Source: an uncultured archaeon
Lineage (GTDB): Archaea; Thermoplasmatota; Penumbrarchaeia; JASLWR01
Assembly: GCA_964430885.1 (NCBI GenBank)
Contig: CAYSHM010000003.1
Coordinates: 32,001 to 96,000 of the forward strand
DNA length: 64,000 bases
Direction of reading: 5' to 3'
This document shows positions 1-9,487 of this stretch, piece after piece; position 1 is the first letter of the stretch, and every line of letters begins with the position of its first letter. Under the pieces are notes generated by a model. It worked only from the letters and a program-made list of their open reading frames with translations. It was not told where the DNA came from and made no database searches. Both the position numbers and the translations under genes were made by a program.

Positions 1-2289
1 GGAACCTATATCATAATCATGCCCATTGTAAGTGTATTTCTCACAGATATTCCTTCTACCCTCATTAACGCTAAATACCCCATAATAACAAAAGGCCATC
101 ATTGCTGAAGCTGCCCCGCATGCCCAGTGCCCGCTGAACCAATTGGGTGTATCAAGGACCTGATGGATGTACGGTACATTAGCTGGAAGCTGGCCGGGCT
201 CGGCAGGGTTTTCTGGATTTTGGATCTCCTGGGGATTGTTGACCTCCTCCTTTTTTCCAGAACCTTCAACAACCGTTGCCAAGTCTAGTAGTTCATCAGT
301 CAACCTTTGGGTGGCAACCCCTATATTCTCTTCCTTGGCCGCCAGTTCATCAAAATGATCGATTATCAGGGTTTCCAGTCCGAAAATCATTTCATTGTGA
401 TTGGGGACTAGAAATTGGTTGATAATATCCTTTATTCCCTGTTTACCCTCATCGCTTTTAAAATACTCCACTGTTTTTGTAAGCATCTCATCAACCTGCC
501 CTCTGATGATCTCTAAAAGCGTAGTTTCATCATCGGGCCTGACCGCTCCCACAGGTATAATCTCATACTGCTTTATTAGATCTGCCACATGCCCTACCTT
601 GGTGGTCCGATCCACAAGTGCAATAATAATGTCCTTGATGGTTTCGGATAAACTCTTCACGACATTCTCCTGGTTCTCATCAGAGAGATATTTATCATAA
701 TAGGAAGCCCATATATGGTTTAGGAAAGATTCGTTTCTCAGCATCTCCTTGGTATCGAAATCCACATTTAGAGAGGCGCCCTCGATCTCAACGGTATAAT
801 GAGTAGCAACTCTCCAGTTGTAATCCACAGGCTCATCAGGTGTGGAAGCGTTGTTATCCGTATCTTCCATATGAGTACATTCATCATCCTTGACGAAGCT
901 GACGGGATAGGATTTGTAATCGGTCTGTACCTCTATGTCCTCCATTAAGGTTGTATTAAGGATACTATCCATGGGTATTCCGCCTGCCTCTGCAACAGCC
1001 TCTTCCGCCAGATCGAACTGGGTTCCGACCCATTCACGGACAATATCCGCCAGCTTGGCCTGTCTCTTCATCTCCTCGGTCTCCTCATCCTCTCCAAAGA
1101 AAGTGTCACCAAGCCAGTCGAAGAAACTATCAACAACATTCCATACCACCTGGGTACCCTGCCATAGAACGTCGGCAATACCGTAAAGACCGAAGTATTC
1201 AAGGTACTTCTTGACAAATTGATCCATTAATGCATAAATTCCCTGGGACAGTATAGATGTGAAATTTATCTTTTCTTTCTCCAAACCGTGATAGAGAGCC
1301 ACAATATCTGAGGAATCGACTGTATCATTTGTTATCCACTCCTCTATCAGGCTCTGCATTGACTTATCCATCCCATAGTTGTTCAGATCAAAACTTGCCA
1401 AATTCTCACTGTCGTAATTGCGGTAAAGCTTGGCAGTCTGAAGCAATATGGCCAGGTTCAGAGCGAGCTCAACATCGGCTTCTGTCAGTATTTCCTCGGT
1501 CCGGCCTGCTCCGAATATCTGACCCTCAATATCCGTAGTTCCGTATCCCTGGATCACTCTGTATTGGGAAATTGTAACAAGTATATATTCAACCATTCTA
1601 CCTATACTGCTGGAGCCACTGCTAGCGGAGTTATCGAACTCATGGAACTTGTTCTGGAGTACTGGATAGGGTGTTTTAATACTCTTGTCAAAACTAAGGT
1701 TCTTTTCGAGTTCCTTATCTGAATCATCATGTTCTATCTCGTATTTCATTTCTCCTATAAGGGAATAATAGCATCTGGTGGGCAGATCAATAGCCTCTTC
1801 GGGATTGTCCACCTTAACGCTGTCAATGGCCGAACCCTGGGAAACTCCTCCTAAATCAACAGGGGCAAAATCAGTTGTCAGTTCCGAGTTAACAGAAATG
1901 TCCACGGAATAATTTATAATCCTGACAGTATAATCCCCAATATCTACCCCGTTTTCCTGGGTGTATTTGGCGATATAGTCTTCGAAGTTCTTATTGAATA
2001 TAGGTATGATGCGGTTCTGATCATCTTCTATCTGGGTGGCCTCATAAATGGCATCCATGGCCATAATATAGGCTTCGCTTTCCACTTCCGCATGTGCGAT
2101 ACTGGTCTGATACTCCATATCGCTGGTAATGGCCTCATTCTGTTTTCTTTCCCTATCGACTCTGTCAATATAGGCCATATAAATAACACTTGCAGTTGAC
2201 AGCATAAGTATTATCACTGCTACAAGCGAGAATGATACTTTCGCTATCCTATCCTTTCTGAATCTCTTATTATCTTCACCCTTATCCAT
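1..2289 (-). CDS. Large prepilin-like/secreted protein with C39-like peptidase domain (partial, runs off window start)
   Basis: Not in ORF track. Read by hand as 763 stop-free codons from ATG 2289, with GGTGA RBS at 2296-2300. N-term MDKGEDNKRFRKDRIAKVSFSLVAVIILMLSTASVIYM; near window edge VPYIHQVLDTPNWFSGHWACGAASAMMAFCYYG. Confidence 0.85.
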   Translation of the reverse strand, partial: MDKGEDNKRFRKDRIAKVSFSLVAVIILMLSTASVIYMAYIDRVDRERKQNEAITSDMEYQTSIAHAEVESEAYIMAMDAIYEATQIEDDQNRIIPIFNKNFEDYIAKYTQENGVDIGDYTVRIINYSVDISVNSELTTDFAPVDLGGVSQGSAIDSVKVDNPEEAIDLPTRCYYSLIGEMKYEIEHDDSDKELEKNLSFDKSIKTPYPVLQNKFHEFDNSASSGSSSIGRMVEYILVTISQYRVIQGYGTTDIEGQIFGAGRTEEILTEADVELALNLAILLQTAKLYRNYDSENLASFDLNNYGMDKSMQSLIEEWITNDTVDSSDIVALYHGLEKEKINFTSILSQGIYALMDQFVKKYLEYFGLYGIADVLWQGTQVVWNVVDSFFDWLGDTFFGEDEETEEMKRQAKLADIVREWVGTQFDLAEEAVAEAGGIPMDSILNTTLMEDIEVQTDYKSYPVSFVKDDECTHMEDTDNNASTPDEPVDYNWRVATHYTVEIEGASLNVDFDTKEMLRNESFLNHIWASYYDKYLSDENQENVVKSLSETIKDIIIALVDRTTKVGHVADLIKQYEIIPVGAVRPDDETTLLEIIRGQVDEMLTKTVEYFKSDEGKQGIKDIINQFLVPNHNEMIFGLETLIIDHFDELAAKEENIGVATQRLTDELLDLATVVEGSGKKEEVNNPQEIQNPENPAEPGQLPANVPYIHQVLDTPNWFSGHWACGAASAMMAFCYYGVFSVNEGRRNICEKYTYNGHDYDIGS

Positions 2290-2533
2290 ATTAAATCACC
2301 GAATATCTTACAGCATTCCATCTACTGCTATACTGGTCCTTGCATAGGTAAGTTCATTTGACGATGGTTCTAGTGGTCATCATCTGAAATAATATTATGA
2401 TATTATTGCCCCAGTATTTAATTTTTTCTCATGCATATCCAACTAAATAAAACTAAATTTTAAATATGAATACCTCGGATTAGGATTGAAGTAATTATCT
2501 TAATGCTTGATGAGAACAAGAGGGGGATTTTTA

Positions 2534-2821
2534 ATGCTTGAAGAAATCACAAACATGATTAATTTACCGATCTACACAAAGAACGGTGCACATTTAGGTA
2601 TGGTAGACAACATACAGATGGATATTGACAACAACAATATTTCTGGAATCTATGTAAGAGAACCGAACATTGCTCTAGTGGAAGGAAGCGTGCCTGTGCT
2701 CGTGCCTTTTAGATGGGTCCAGAGCATTGGTGATATTGTAATACTGAAATATTTCCCAGTCCGAATCGAACTGGGCCCCGAAGATAGAGATATGATTATG
2801 ATGGACGGTATTGATAACTGA
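2534..2821 (+). CDS. PRC-barrel domain protein (CdpB-like archaeal cell-division family)
   Basis: LPIYTKNGAHLGMVDNIQMD...VPFRWVQSIGDIVIL matches the PRC-barrel pattern; ATG 2534 follows GGGGG. Confidence 0.8.
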   Translation: MLEEITNMINLPIYTKNGAHLGMVDNIQMDIDNNNISGIYVREPNIALVEGSVPVLVPFRWVQSIGDIVILKYFPVRIELGPEDRDMIMMDGIDN

Positions 2822-2857
2822 ACCTAAATCCAACAATCTGTTGACTGCTTACCAAAA

Positions 2858-3406
2858 TCAATAGGTAGCCATTTCCTTTATCCAATCCCTGCTGCAAGGA
2901 GGATCAAATCCGTCAGTTTCGGGAAAGGATTCTATAAAAGCAACCACTCTTTCAGCTAAAAAATCTGACGGATTGGAGCTAGTATCCAGTTCAATGGAAG
3001 GAACATTGGTTCTTTTAACCTCCATTGCTATCACATCAACCATTTCACATACCACATTATCCTCAATTTTTATCCGGGAATAATCTCTATTTTCCAGCCT
3101 TTTCCTTAAAATGGCTGGTTGGCACCGAAGAACCACTGCCCCGTTTACCTTGAGAAGATGCGAAAGGTGGGAATCAAGGAATATACATTCTTCGCTGGCT
3201 GAATTGAAAAATTCACTTTCTGACATGTCCCTATCAAAGAGTTCCAAATCTATTAGGTAACTCCCGTCCCCTTCATCATACTCCCCCAATAGTCCGTGTT
3301 CCTCACAGTAATCCTTGACTTTGATGACCTTATAACCTCTTTGACCAATCAGGGAGCATAAAGTTGTTTTTCCGGTTCCAGGCGTACCTGTTATTGCTAT
3401 GATCAT
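2858..3406 (-). CDS. Archaeal adenylate kinase, AK6/Fap7 family
   Basis: IAITGTPGTGKTT P-loop, DSHLSH motif, LRKRLENRDY...KIEDNV. Confidence 0.88.
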   Translation of the reverse strand: MIIAITGTPGTGKTTLCSLIGQRGYKVIKVKDYCEEHGLLGEYDEGDGSYLIDLELFDRDMSESEFFNSASEECIFLDSHLSHLLKVNGAVVLRCQPAILRKRLENRDYSRIKIEDNVVCEMVDVIAMEVKRTNVPSIELDTSSNPSDFLAERVVAFIESFPETDGFDPPCSRDWIKEMATY

Positions 3407-3703
3407 GTGTCACCCGTTTTCAAAATCTTAACTGGGGTTAGAGTATACGGCTGAAATAAAAATTCAAATATGTTATGATATTACATTTGGTTTCGGCCTT
3501 CAACCTGTATATAACTATGAATAATTAGGTAAGTTTCATCCTTCAATATATATATAATCATCAGTAATTAATCTTCAGGAATAATAGTTCAGGGTAATCA
3601 GAAGCTGGTGCAGCTGAATCAACCACATTTCTACTGTTGATTTATCATCTCATTTGTAAAACGCGGGATCTGAATCGAACGAGGCCATATCTTTTGATAA
3701 GAG

Positions 3704-4075
3704 GTGCAACAATTGAAGAACATAATTCCAAAAAAAAATCTGCTTTGGATGATACTTGCCATATCCTCCCTTATTATCATAGGTATGATAATCTACAAGC
3801 TTGAGATATATCCTGGTCTGAACAGCAGGCTTGATGAGAATACCCTGGAAATGGCAGGTATATTGATCCTAATGTTCTTCCTGATATTCGTGGTCCTGTA
3901 TATACCTACTGGCAGTCTGAAGAAAATGAAGAAGGATATTCATTATGACGGAGTAGAGGTGGAGCCTGTCACAGTTATTGTTGAAAATGATCAAATTGAT
4001 GATGAGGTATATTTTACTGCGGGGAAATCCGATGTGCATGAAACAGAAATAGTTGAGGCCTTACCACTGGAATAA
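3704..4075 (+). CDS. Hypothetical two-TM membrane protein
   Basis: Two hydrophobic helices and an acidic C-terminal tail; GTG start. Confidence 0.65.
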   Translation: MQQLKNIIPKKNLLWMILAISSLIIIGMIIYKLEIYPGLNSRLDENTLEMAGILILMFFLIFVVLYIPTGSLKKMKKDIHYDGVEVEPVTVIVENDQIDDEVYFTAGKSDVHETEIVEALPLE

Positions 4076-4249
4076 ATGCTACACCAATCCATAATTAAGA
4101 TTTGTCAAAAAGCATTCACTGTATCAAAATATTACCAAAGCTTAAAAATAATAACAATGAAATATTATATTGACCCTATGTCTTGAAATGTTTTATCAAT
4201 GTAAGTTTAATGATGAAGGGAGTCCAAATAAAGAAAAAAGGGTGCTGTA

Positions 4250-4891
4250 TTGAATATATTAGATAAGATATTTCAGGAGAGGAAAAAGAACACCGCAATC
4301 ATAGGATCGGTCTTATTATTCCTACTTATGTTATTCTTATTCTGGGATATGTCAGGAGCCGACACCCTGAGCTCTGCTGAGATCCAGAAATGGCTGAGTA
4401 ACATGGGGAAGGACGATGTTTTGGACCTCAGCATGTATCAGAAAAACACTGCAGGTGCTGAATCGTTCAGCGAATATGCACAGAGAGATCAGGACCTTGA
4501 GCTGGTATATTCAGTATCAGACACAAATGTGTGCAATATAAGTTTTACACTAACCTGGACTGATGAGGAGGATACTGGATGGATCGGGTCATCCCCCAAT
4601 CATGAGAACCAGCCAGATGAATTTTTAATTGTTTTTACGTCACCCGATGGAAATATTACCAAATCGTTCAATGGGAAGAACGATTACAACCAGGAGGGGA
4701 GGGTTGAAGGAAATGTTATGGTTCCAGTGCTAACGGGAAACAGTAAAAACGGAACAGGTACGTGGTCCATCAAGATATCTGTCAATCCCGGCGATCATGA
4801 ACCTAGATATATTGGCGCATTCAGGTTCTTGGACAACGGAAACGATTTCCAATTGGTCGTTGAACATGATTTTCTTTCAATTACTGAATAA
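4250..4891 (+). CDS. Hypothetical membrane-anchored beta-sandwich protein
   Basis: N-terminal TM helix; FTLTWTD...PDEFLIVFTSPDG...GTWSIKI resembles a PPC/P-domain-type jelly roll. Confidence 0.7.
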   Translation: MNILDKIFQERKKNTAIIGSVLLFLLMLFLFWDMSGADTLSSAEIQKWLSNMGKDDVLDLSMYQKNTAGAESFSEYAQRDQDLELVYSVSDTNVCNISFTLTWTDEEDTGWIGSSPNHENQPDEFLIVFTSPDGNITKSFNGKNDYNQEGRVEGNVMVPVLTGNSKNGTGTWSIKISVNPGDHEPRYIGAFRFLDNGNDFQLVVEHDFLSITE

Positions 4892-5072
4892 GCCTGATAT
4901 GGAATTCATAATGGATCTATTTTATCTAGAATTCAATACTCTTTTTTTAAAAACTTATACTATGCAGAATCTGTTTTTTCAAAAAGGAAAATATCCAATG
5001 AAAAAGAAATTCGATCATTGGAGGCTAGGCAAATAGTTATTTGCTATCCCATATGATATTAATGCCGGCTTC

Positions 5073-5294
5073 TTAAAAGGTCTCAAGCTTGAAATGGACC
5101 ATTGTGCCATTCAATTCTAGATGCAGTCGGTCTGCAAATCCCAAAATTTCCTTGACGGTTGCCTCATGGCCCCATTCATACTCATAATCATATGCTCCCT
5201 CTATTGGTTTAAATCCCATACCCAATAATTTGTCCGTAACCTCAGATGGACGGGCACCTTCCGAAGAGAACCATACTACAAGATAAGTCTTCAT
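5073..5294 (-). CDS. Small conserved hypothetical protein
   Basis: AAGGTGA RBS; compact 73-aa alpha/beta-like sequence MKTYLVVWFSSEGARPSEV. Confidence 0.75.
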   Translation of the reverse strand: MKTYLVVWFSSEGARPSEVTDKLLGMGFKPIEGAYDYEYEWGHEATVKEILGFADRLHLELNGTMVHFKLETF

Positions 5295-5541
5295 TGTGTT
5301 TCACCTTCTGAATCAGCAATTACCAAATCTAGTCCTTTTCTTTAACAACAAGGCGGATAGGTAGGACAAAATCCGCATCAACCCTTGGTCGCCAATATAT
5401 AGATATAGAATAATATCAATCGTATTTAAACATTGGGCGCTGTTAAGCTGCCTAGCGATATTTGATATAGAATTATTCCTTAGTTATTACTTACTGGAGA
5501 TAGTATACGAGATACAATATCAATGCCATCCCAAGGGAGGA

Positions 5542-5970
5542 TCAATACTTTAAAAACCGCTTCATGACCTTTGCAGTTTTTGTCCAGGAACTTACCGTAT
5601 CTATTGCCGGTTTGTTCTCCAATCCCTGGATGAAAGCAATATCATACTCATCCAATACTTTGAAGAGATGCTCGGGATTTCTTTGACCCAGTTCGGGTAT
5701 GGTATCAACACCCACCTTCTCCAAAAGCCATGCCCACTGGGGTGTGATGGTATCTATTCTCATGAGATCCGCCATGTTGGCCATGGTCAGGACATCATCC
5801 TCATGGATACCTAGAATATCCGTGATTATCTGCCGATCGTTCCGTGTCACACAAATATTTAAAAAATCTGAAATAGTTTCGATCTCCTGTTCTTTCAGTT
5901 TATTTATGACCGCTTCATCCACACCTTTCATCTCTTCAATGGGATAATCCTTTTTATTCTTTGGAGACAT
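5542..5970 (-). CDS. DUF4332-like helix-hairpin-helix protein
   Basis: ADLMRIDTITPQWAWLLEKVGVDTIPELGQRNPEHL pattern. Confidence 0.8.
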   Translation of the reverse strand: MSPKNKKDYPIEEMKGVDEAVINKLKEQEIETISDFLNICVTRNDRQIITDILGIHEDDVLTMANMADLMRIDTITPQWAWLLEKVGVDTIPELGQRNPEHLFKVLDEYDIAFIQGLENKPAIDTVSSWTKTAKVMKRFLKY

Positions 5971-6063
5971 AGAAAAACCTCTAATCCTTGATATGATAAT
6001 AATTAGAATTCAATAGATATATGAATTGAACTAACTACAATATTATTAGTTATTAATATCTTT

Positions 6064-7059
6064 TTAATACTTTCTACCTAGATTGTAATCTGCCAATGAA
6101 AGCAATATTCTTTTGGGGCCTGAATCTGGAAATGATGCAAGGGATTTTTTGGCCTTTTCGATATAGGAATATCCAGTGGATTTAATACTTTCCATAACTC
6201 CGGCCCTCTCCATTATTGACCTTACCAGCTCAATGTCCTTTTCCGTCGCCTCGGGGTTGCCCCAAATACCTTTGATGACCTCGGCATCTTCCTTTCCTGC
6301 AGTGTTAAGGGCAGATACTAAAAGAAGGGTTTTCTTACCTTTTCGAAGATCAGTTCCAATGGGTTTACCAAGGGTCTTCTCGGTCGAAACCAGATCTAAA
6401 TAATCATCCAGAACCTGAAATGCAATTCCGAAATACCGGCCGTAATCACCGAGCATTTGGGCTTCCTCTTCACCAGCTCCAGCGATCAAAGCCCCGCCTT
6501 CGCATGCAAGATCAAAAATGATGGCCGTTTTCTTTTCTATCATTGTCATATAGGAATCCAAATCTACGAATTCCATATCCTCAAAATCAATGTCATCCTG
6601 CTGACCCTCCCCTATGGTTCTGACCGTGATCACAATGTCCGATACCAAACGGCGGAACAATTTGTCTGACCCAGGCATATCTGAAAGAACCATAAAAGCA
6701 TGGGAGTACAATCCATCTCCCGCATTTATGGCTGTGGCAACATCATAAGCCTTGTGAACAGTTGGGACTCCCCTCCTCAGGTCATCCTCATCCATGATAT
6801 CATCATGTATCAGTGTAAAATTATGAACCAATTCCAGCGCTACGGCAAATGGCAGACCGTCCATCACATCCCCCTGGAACATTTCACAAGACAATATTGA
6901 ACAGATAGGACGTAATCTCTTCCCGCCTGCATTCGGCAGATGCTCTATGGCTGACCTCAAGGTATGCTGATCGATAGCAGAGAAAATCCCATCAAGATAG
7001 TCTTCGACCAGTTCCTTTCTTTCGTTCAGTTCATAATTCAAATCCAATCTGATCACCAC
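6064..7059 (-). CDS. idsA: Polyprenyl (geranylgeranyl) diphosphate synthase
   Basis: GGKRLRP, FTLIHDDIMDEDDLRRG, FQVLDDYLD, KKT motifs. Confidence 0.93.
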   Translation of the reverse strand: MVIRLDLNYELNERKELVEDYLDGIFSAIDQHTLRSAIEHLPNAGGKRLRPICSILSCEMFQGDVMDGLPFAVALELVHNFTLIHDDIMDEDDLRRGVPTVHKAYDVATAINAGDGLYSHAFMVLSDMPGSDKLFRRLVSDIVITVRTIGEGQQDDIDFEDMEFVDLDSYMTMIEKKTAIIFDLACEGGALIAGAGEEEAQMLGDYGRYFGIAFQVLDDYLDLVSTEKTLGKPIGTDLRKGKKTLLLVSALNTAGKEDAEVIKGIWGNPEATEKDIELVRSIMERAGVMESIKSTGYSYIEKAKKSLASFPDSGPKRILLSLADYNLGRKY

Positions 7060-7207
7060 TCATGAAAAACCAATAAGTGTTTTTCATTTATTCCTGAATA
7101 TAATTTCAATCAACCATTTGTATTTGTGTAAGAGATATCTATTCCTATAAAATCAAATCGGTACAACTCTGACAAGCCAATATTTTCCTATGTGAAAATT
7201 GGTTTAT

Positions 7208-8200
7208 TCAGATCCACCATTCCAAGAGCTTCTTTGGCCAACGATCCCGATACCATGAAATAGTCAAGGACAATCCTTTTTCCAGACCCATCTTCGGCAT
7301 CCAGCCAGTCAGTTCAGTTATCTTTGAGGAATCCACAGCATGTCTTCTTACTGGACAAGGTCTCTCAGGAACCCAAGCCACGGTTTTATCCAATCTCCTC
7401 TGAAAACCTTCACATAGTAATTGAGCTATTTCATTCACTGATCGTTCAATACCCGATCCTATGTTGAAAACCTCTCCCGCAAACTGTTTTTGGAAATCTG
7501 AATGGGACATTAACCAATATATTGCTAGGCATGTATCTCTAACGTATAACCATTCCCGTTTGTTATTTCCTTCTCCGTAAATGGGGATAGGTTCACCCGA
7601 GAGTAATTTCGTAACGAAACATGGTATCAATTTTTCCGGAAATTGCCTAGGGCCGTAATTATTTGTGGGACGGACAACACAAATAGGGAGATCATAATTC
7701 AAGTGGTAGTTCTGGGACAGCAGGTCCATTGAAGCCTTGGATACGGCATAGGGATTCGAGGGATTAAGAGGAACCGATTCTGGAACTGGATATTCAGTGG
7801 ATCCATAGACCTCATCTGATGATATGATGATAATACCCTCCAGATCACTTTTTCTGCAGCATTCGAGGAGAGACAAGGTGCCCATCACATTGGTTTCAAA
7901 GAACGACTCAGCAGACCCAAGGGAACGGTCCACATGGGTTTCACCGGCAAAATGGACAACCCAATCACTATTTCCCATAATATCGCCAAGCAGAGAACTG
8001 TCAAGAACTGAACCATTAATCAACTTCACCTGGGAAGACCCATCATGCTTAACCAGATTTCTCTGTGAAGCGCAATAGGTCCCTGCATCCAGAACGATGA
8101 GCTCGATATCATTTTCATTCGATAGTATGACATCTACAAAATGTGAACCTATGAAACCTAGGCCGCCAGTCACCAGGAGTCTTTTCCCTTTGATGCCCAT
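7208..8200 (-). CDS. rfbB: dTDP-glucose 4,6-dehydratase
   Basis: TGGLGFIGS, HFAGETHVDRS, SSDEVYG, PYAVSK, NNYGPRQFPEKLIP. Confidence 0.9.
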   Translation of the reverse strand: MGIKGKRLLVTGGLGFIGSHFVDVILSNENDIELIVLDAGTYCASQRNLVKHDGSSQVKLINGSVLDSSLLGDIMGNSDWVVHFAGETHVDRSLGSAESFFETNVMGTLSLLECCRKSDLEGIIIISSDEVYGSTEYPVPESVPLNPSNPYAVSKASMDLLSQNYHLNYDLPICVVRPTNNYGPRQFPEKLIPCFVTKLLSGEPIPIYGEGNNKREWLYVRDTCLAIYWLMSHSDFQKQFAGEVFNIGSGIERSVNEIAQLLCEGFQRRLDKTVAWVPERPCPVRRHAVDSSKITELTGWMPKMGLEKGLSLTISWYRDRWPKKLLEWWI

Positions 8201-8215
8201 TGTTATCCTCCTAAT

Positions 8216-9178
8216 TTACATCCCGGATATTTCCAAGTATTTCTCATTCACCTCGGCTTTAGAGAAGGTAAGAACAGGAAAGAAAATCGGTAATCTGGCC
8301 TTTGGGATTGAATTGGACCTGATCAATTCCGGCATCTCATCCATAGTAAATCCCACTACAAGGGCATCAGACCCTGTGAACCCGCACCTTTCCAAAAGAT
8401 ATTCCAATGTTGATCTTGTATCCTGGCACACATCATCATCATCATCATCAAGGAAATCCAGCTTTGGTTTTATCAAATATCGGTCAAGAATCCTCATTAA
8501 TTCTTCCTTTTCAAGGGATTCCCTATAAATGTCAGGCGTGTAAATGAATCGCCCTCGGTTCCCCCTTTTCATCATTAGATAGGCCCCTACAATACTATCT
8601 CTATTTCCCAATGCGAACACCGAACTACCGGAAACTCCGTACGGAAGACCCCCCAATCCTTCTACTACACGATGATATATATAGGTTTTATTCTGCCGTA
8701 TCTCTATGTGTATGGTAATATCCGGCGAGGTCAGATCTACCCGAACTCCGGCGAACATATCTGAATCCATAATTGCTGAGCCAGCCTCTATGTTGATTTC
8801 CTGTGAAGAATAGCTATGCGAGCCAATGCGTTTTGTCCTAACTGCAAAACTGACATTGTTCGACATTACCTTTTCAGCGTAGCCGGAGGATATTTTAATT
8901 ATACTTTCCTTGGCCGATATATCATGTATTTGTCCCGGTGAAAAACTTACTATTCCGAATACTGATGAGAGAATAACCTTGGCCTTCTCCATATCTTCAG
9001 GATATACGTATAATCTGGACATGGTCTTTTCAATAAAACAGTCCAGGTCCTTCTTTAGAAATAATTGTGAAATGTTTCTTTCAAGTGCGGAAATAAACCT
9101 TTTTCTCACTCTTGGGGATTTTGTCCCTATCTCGCCGAACCTGACAATGAAAAAGTCGTTTCCTTTTATGAAGTCCAT
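8216..9178 (-). CDS. THUMP-domain ThiI-like protein with degenerate PP-loop
   Basis: IVRFGEIGTKS, FAVRTKRIG, VDLTSPD, GLGGLPYG, LMMKRG; SGGxDS replaced by GNRDS. Start moved to ATG 9178 (AGGAG RBS). Confidence 0.85.
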   Translation of the reverse strand: MDFIKGNDFFIVRFGEIGTKSPRVRKRFISALERNISQLFLKKDLDCFIEKTMSRLYVYPEDMEKAKVILSSVFGIVSFSPGQIHDISAKESIIKISSGYAEKVMSNNVSFAVRTKRIGSHSYSSQEINIEAGSAIMDSDMFAGVRVDLTSPDITIHIEIRQNKTYIYHRVVEGLGGLPYGVSGSSVFALGNRDSIVGAYLMMKRGNRGRFIYTPDIYRESLEKEELMRILDRYLIKPKLDFLDDDDDDVCQDTRSTLEYLLERCGFTGSDALVVGFTMDEMPELIRSNSIPKARLPIFFPVLTFSKAEVNEKYLEISGM

Positions 9179-9487
9179 GATATTACTCCTCGGGGTGTAA
9201 TTGTGCTTCTGTTTTATCTTTTTATCCGGATTATTCTGGATGGAATCTTCTATTATCATAAACAAATCAAATGCGCTGGCAGGAAAATTATGATTACTGG
9301 ATGCAGGGCAAAGAATAAGGTAAATTGAAATAGGATAATCCAATTATTTTCTCTATCGATCTGTTATTGATTTTCCATAGATGATGATAAAACCCTTGTT
9401 GAACCCAAATAGGTAATGAAAGGGATCTTGAGTACTGATATGGGACATGAGAAAATTTTTATAAATATGCTTTAGGGTGATGAAATA

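Noticed and set aside
167-1538. Four short plus-strand ORFs
   Set aside because: All are antisense to the long minus-strand CDS 1..2289.
9179-9343. N-terminal extension of the ThiI-like ORF
   Set aside because: A better ATG with an AGGAG RBS lies at 9178; the extension looks like AT-rich intergenic sequence.
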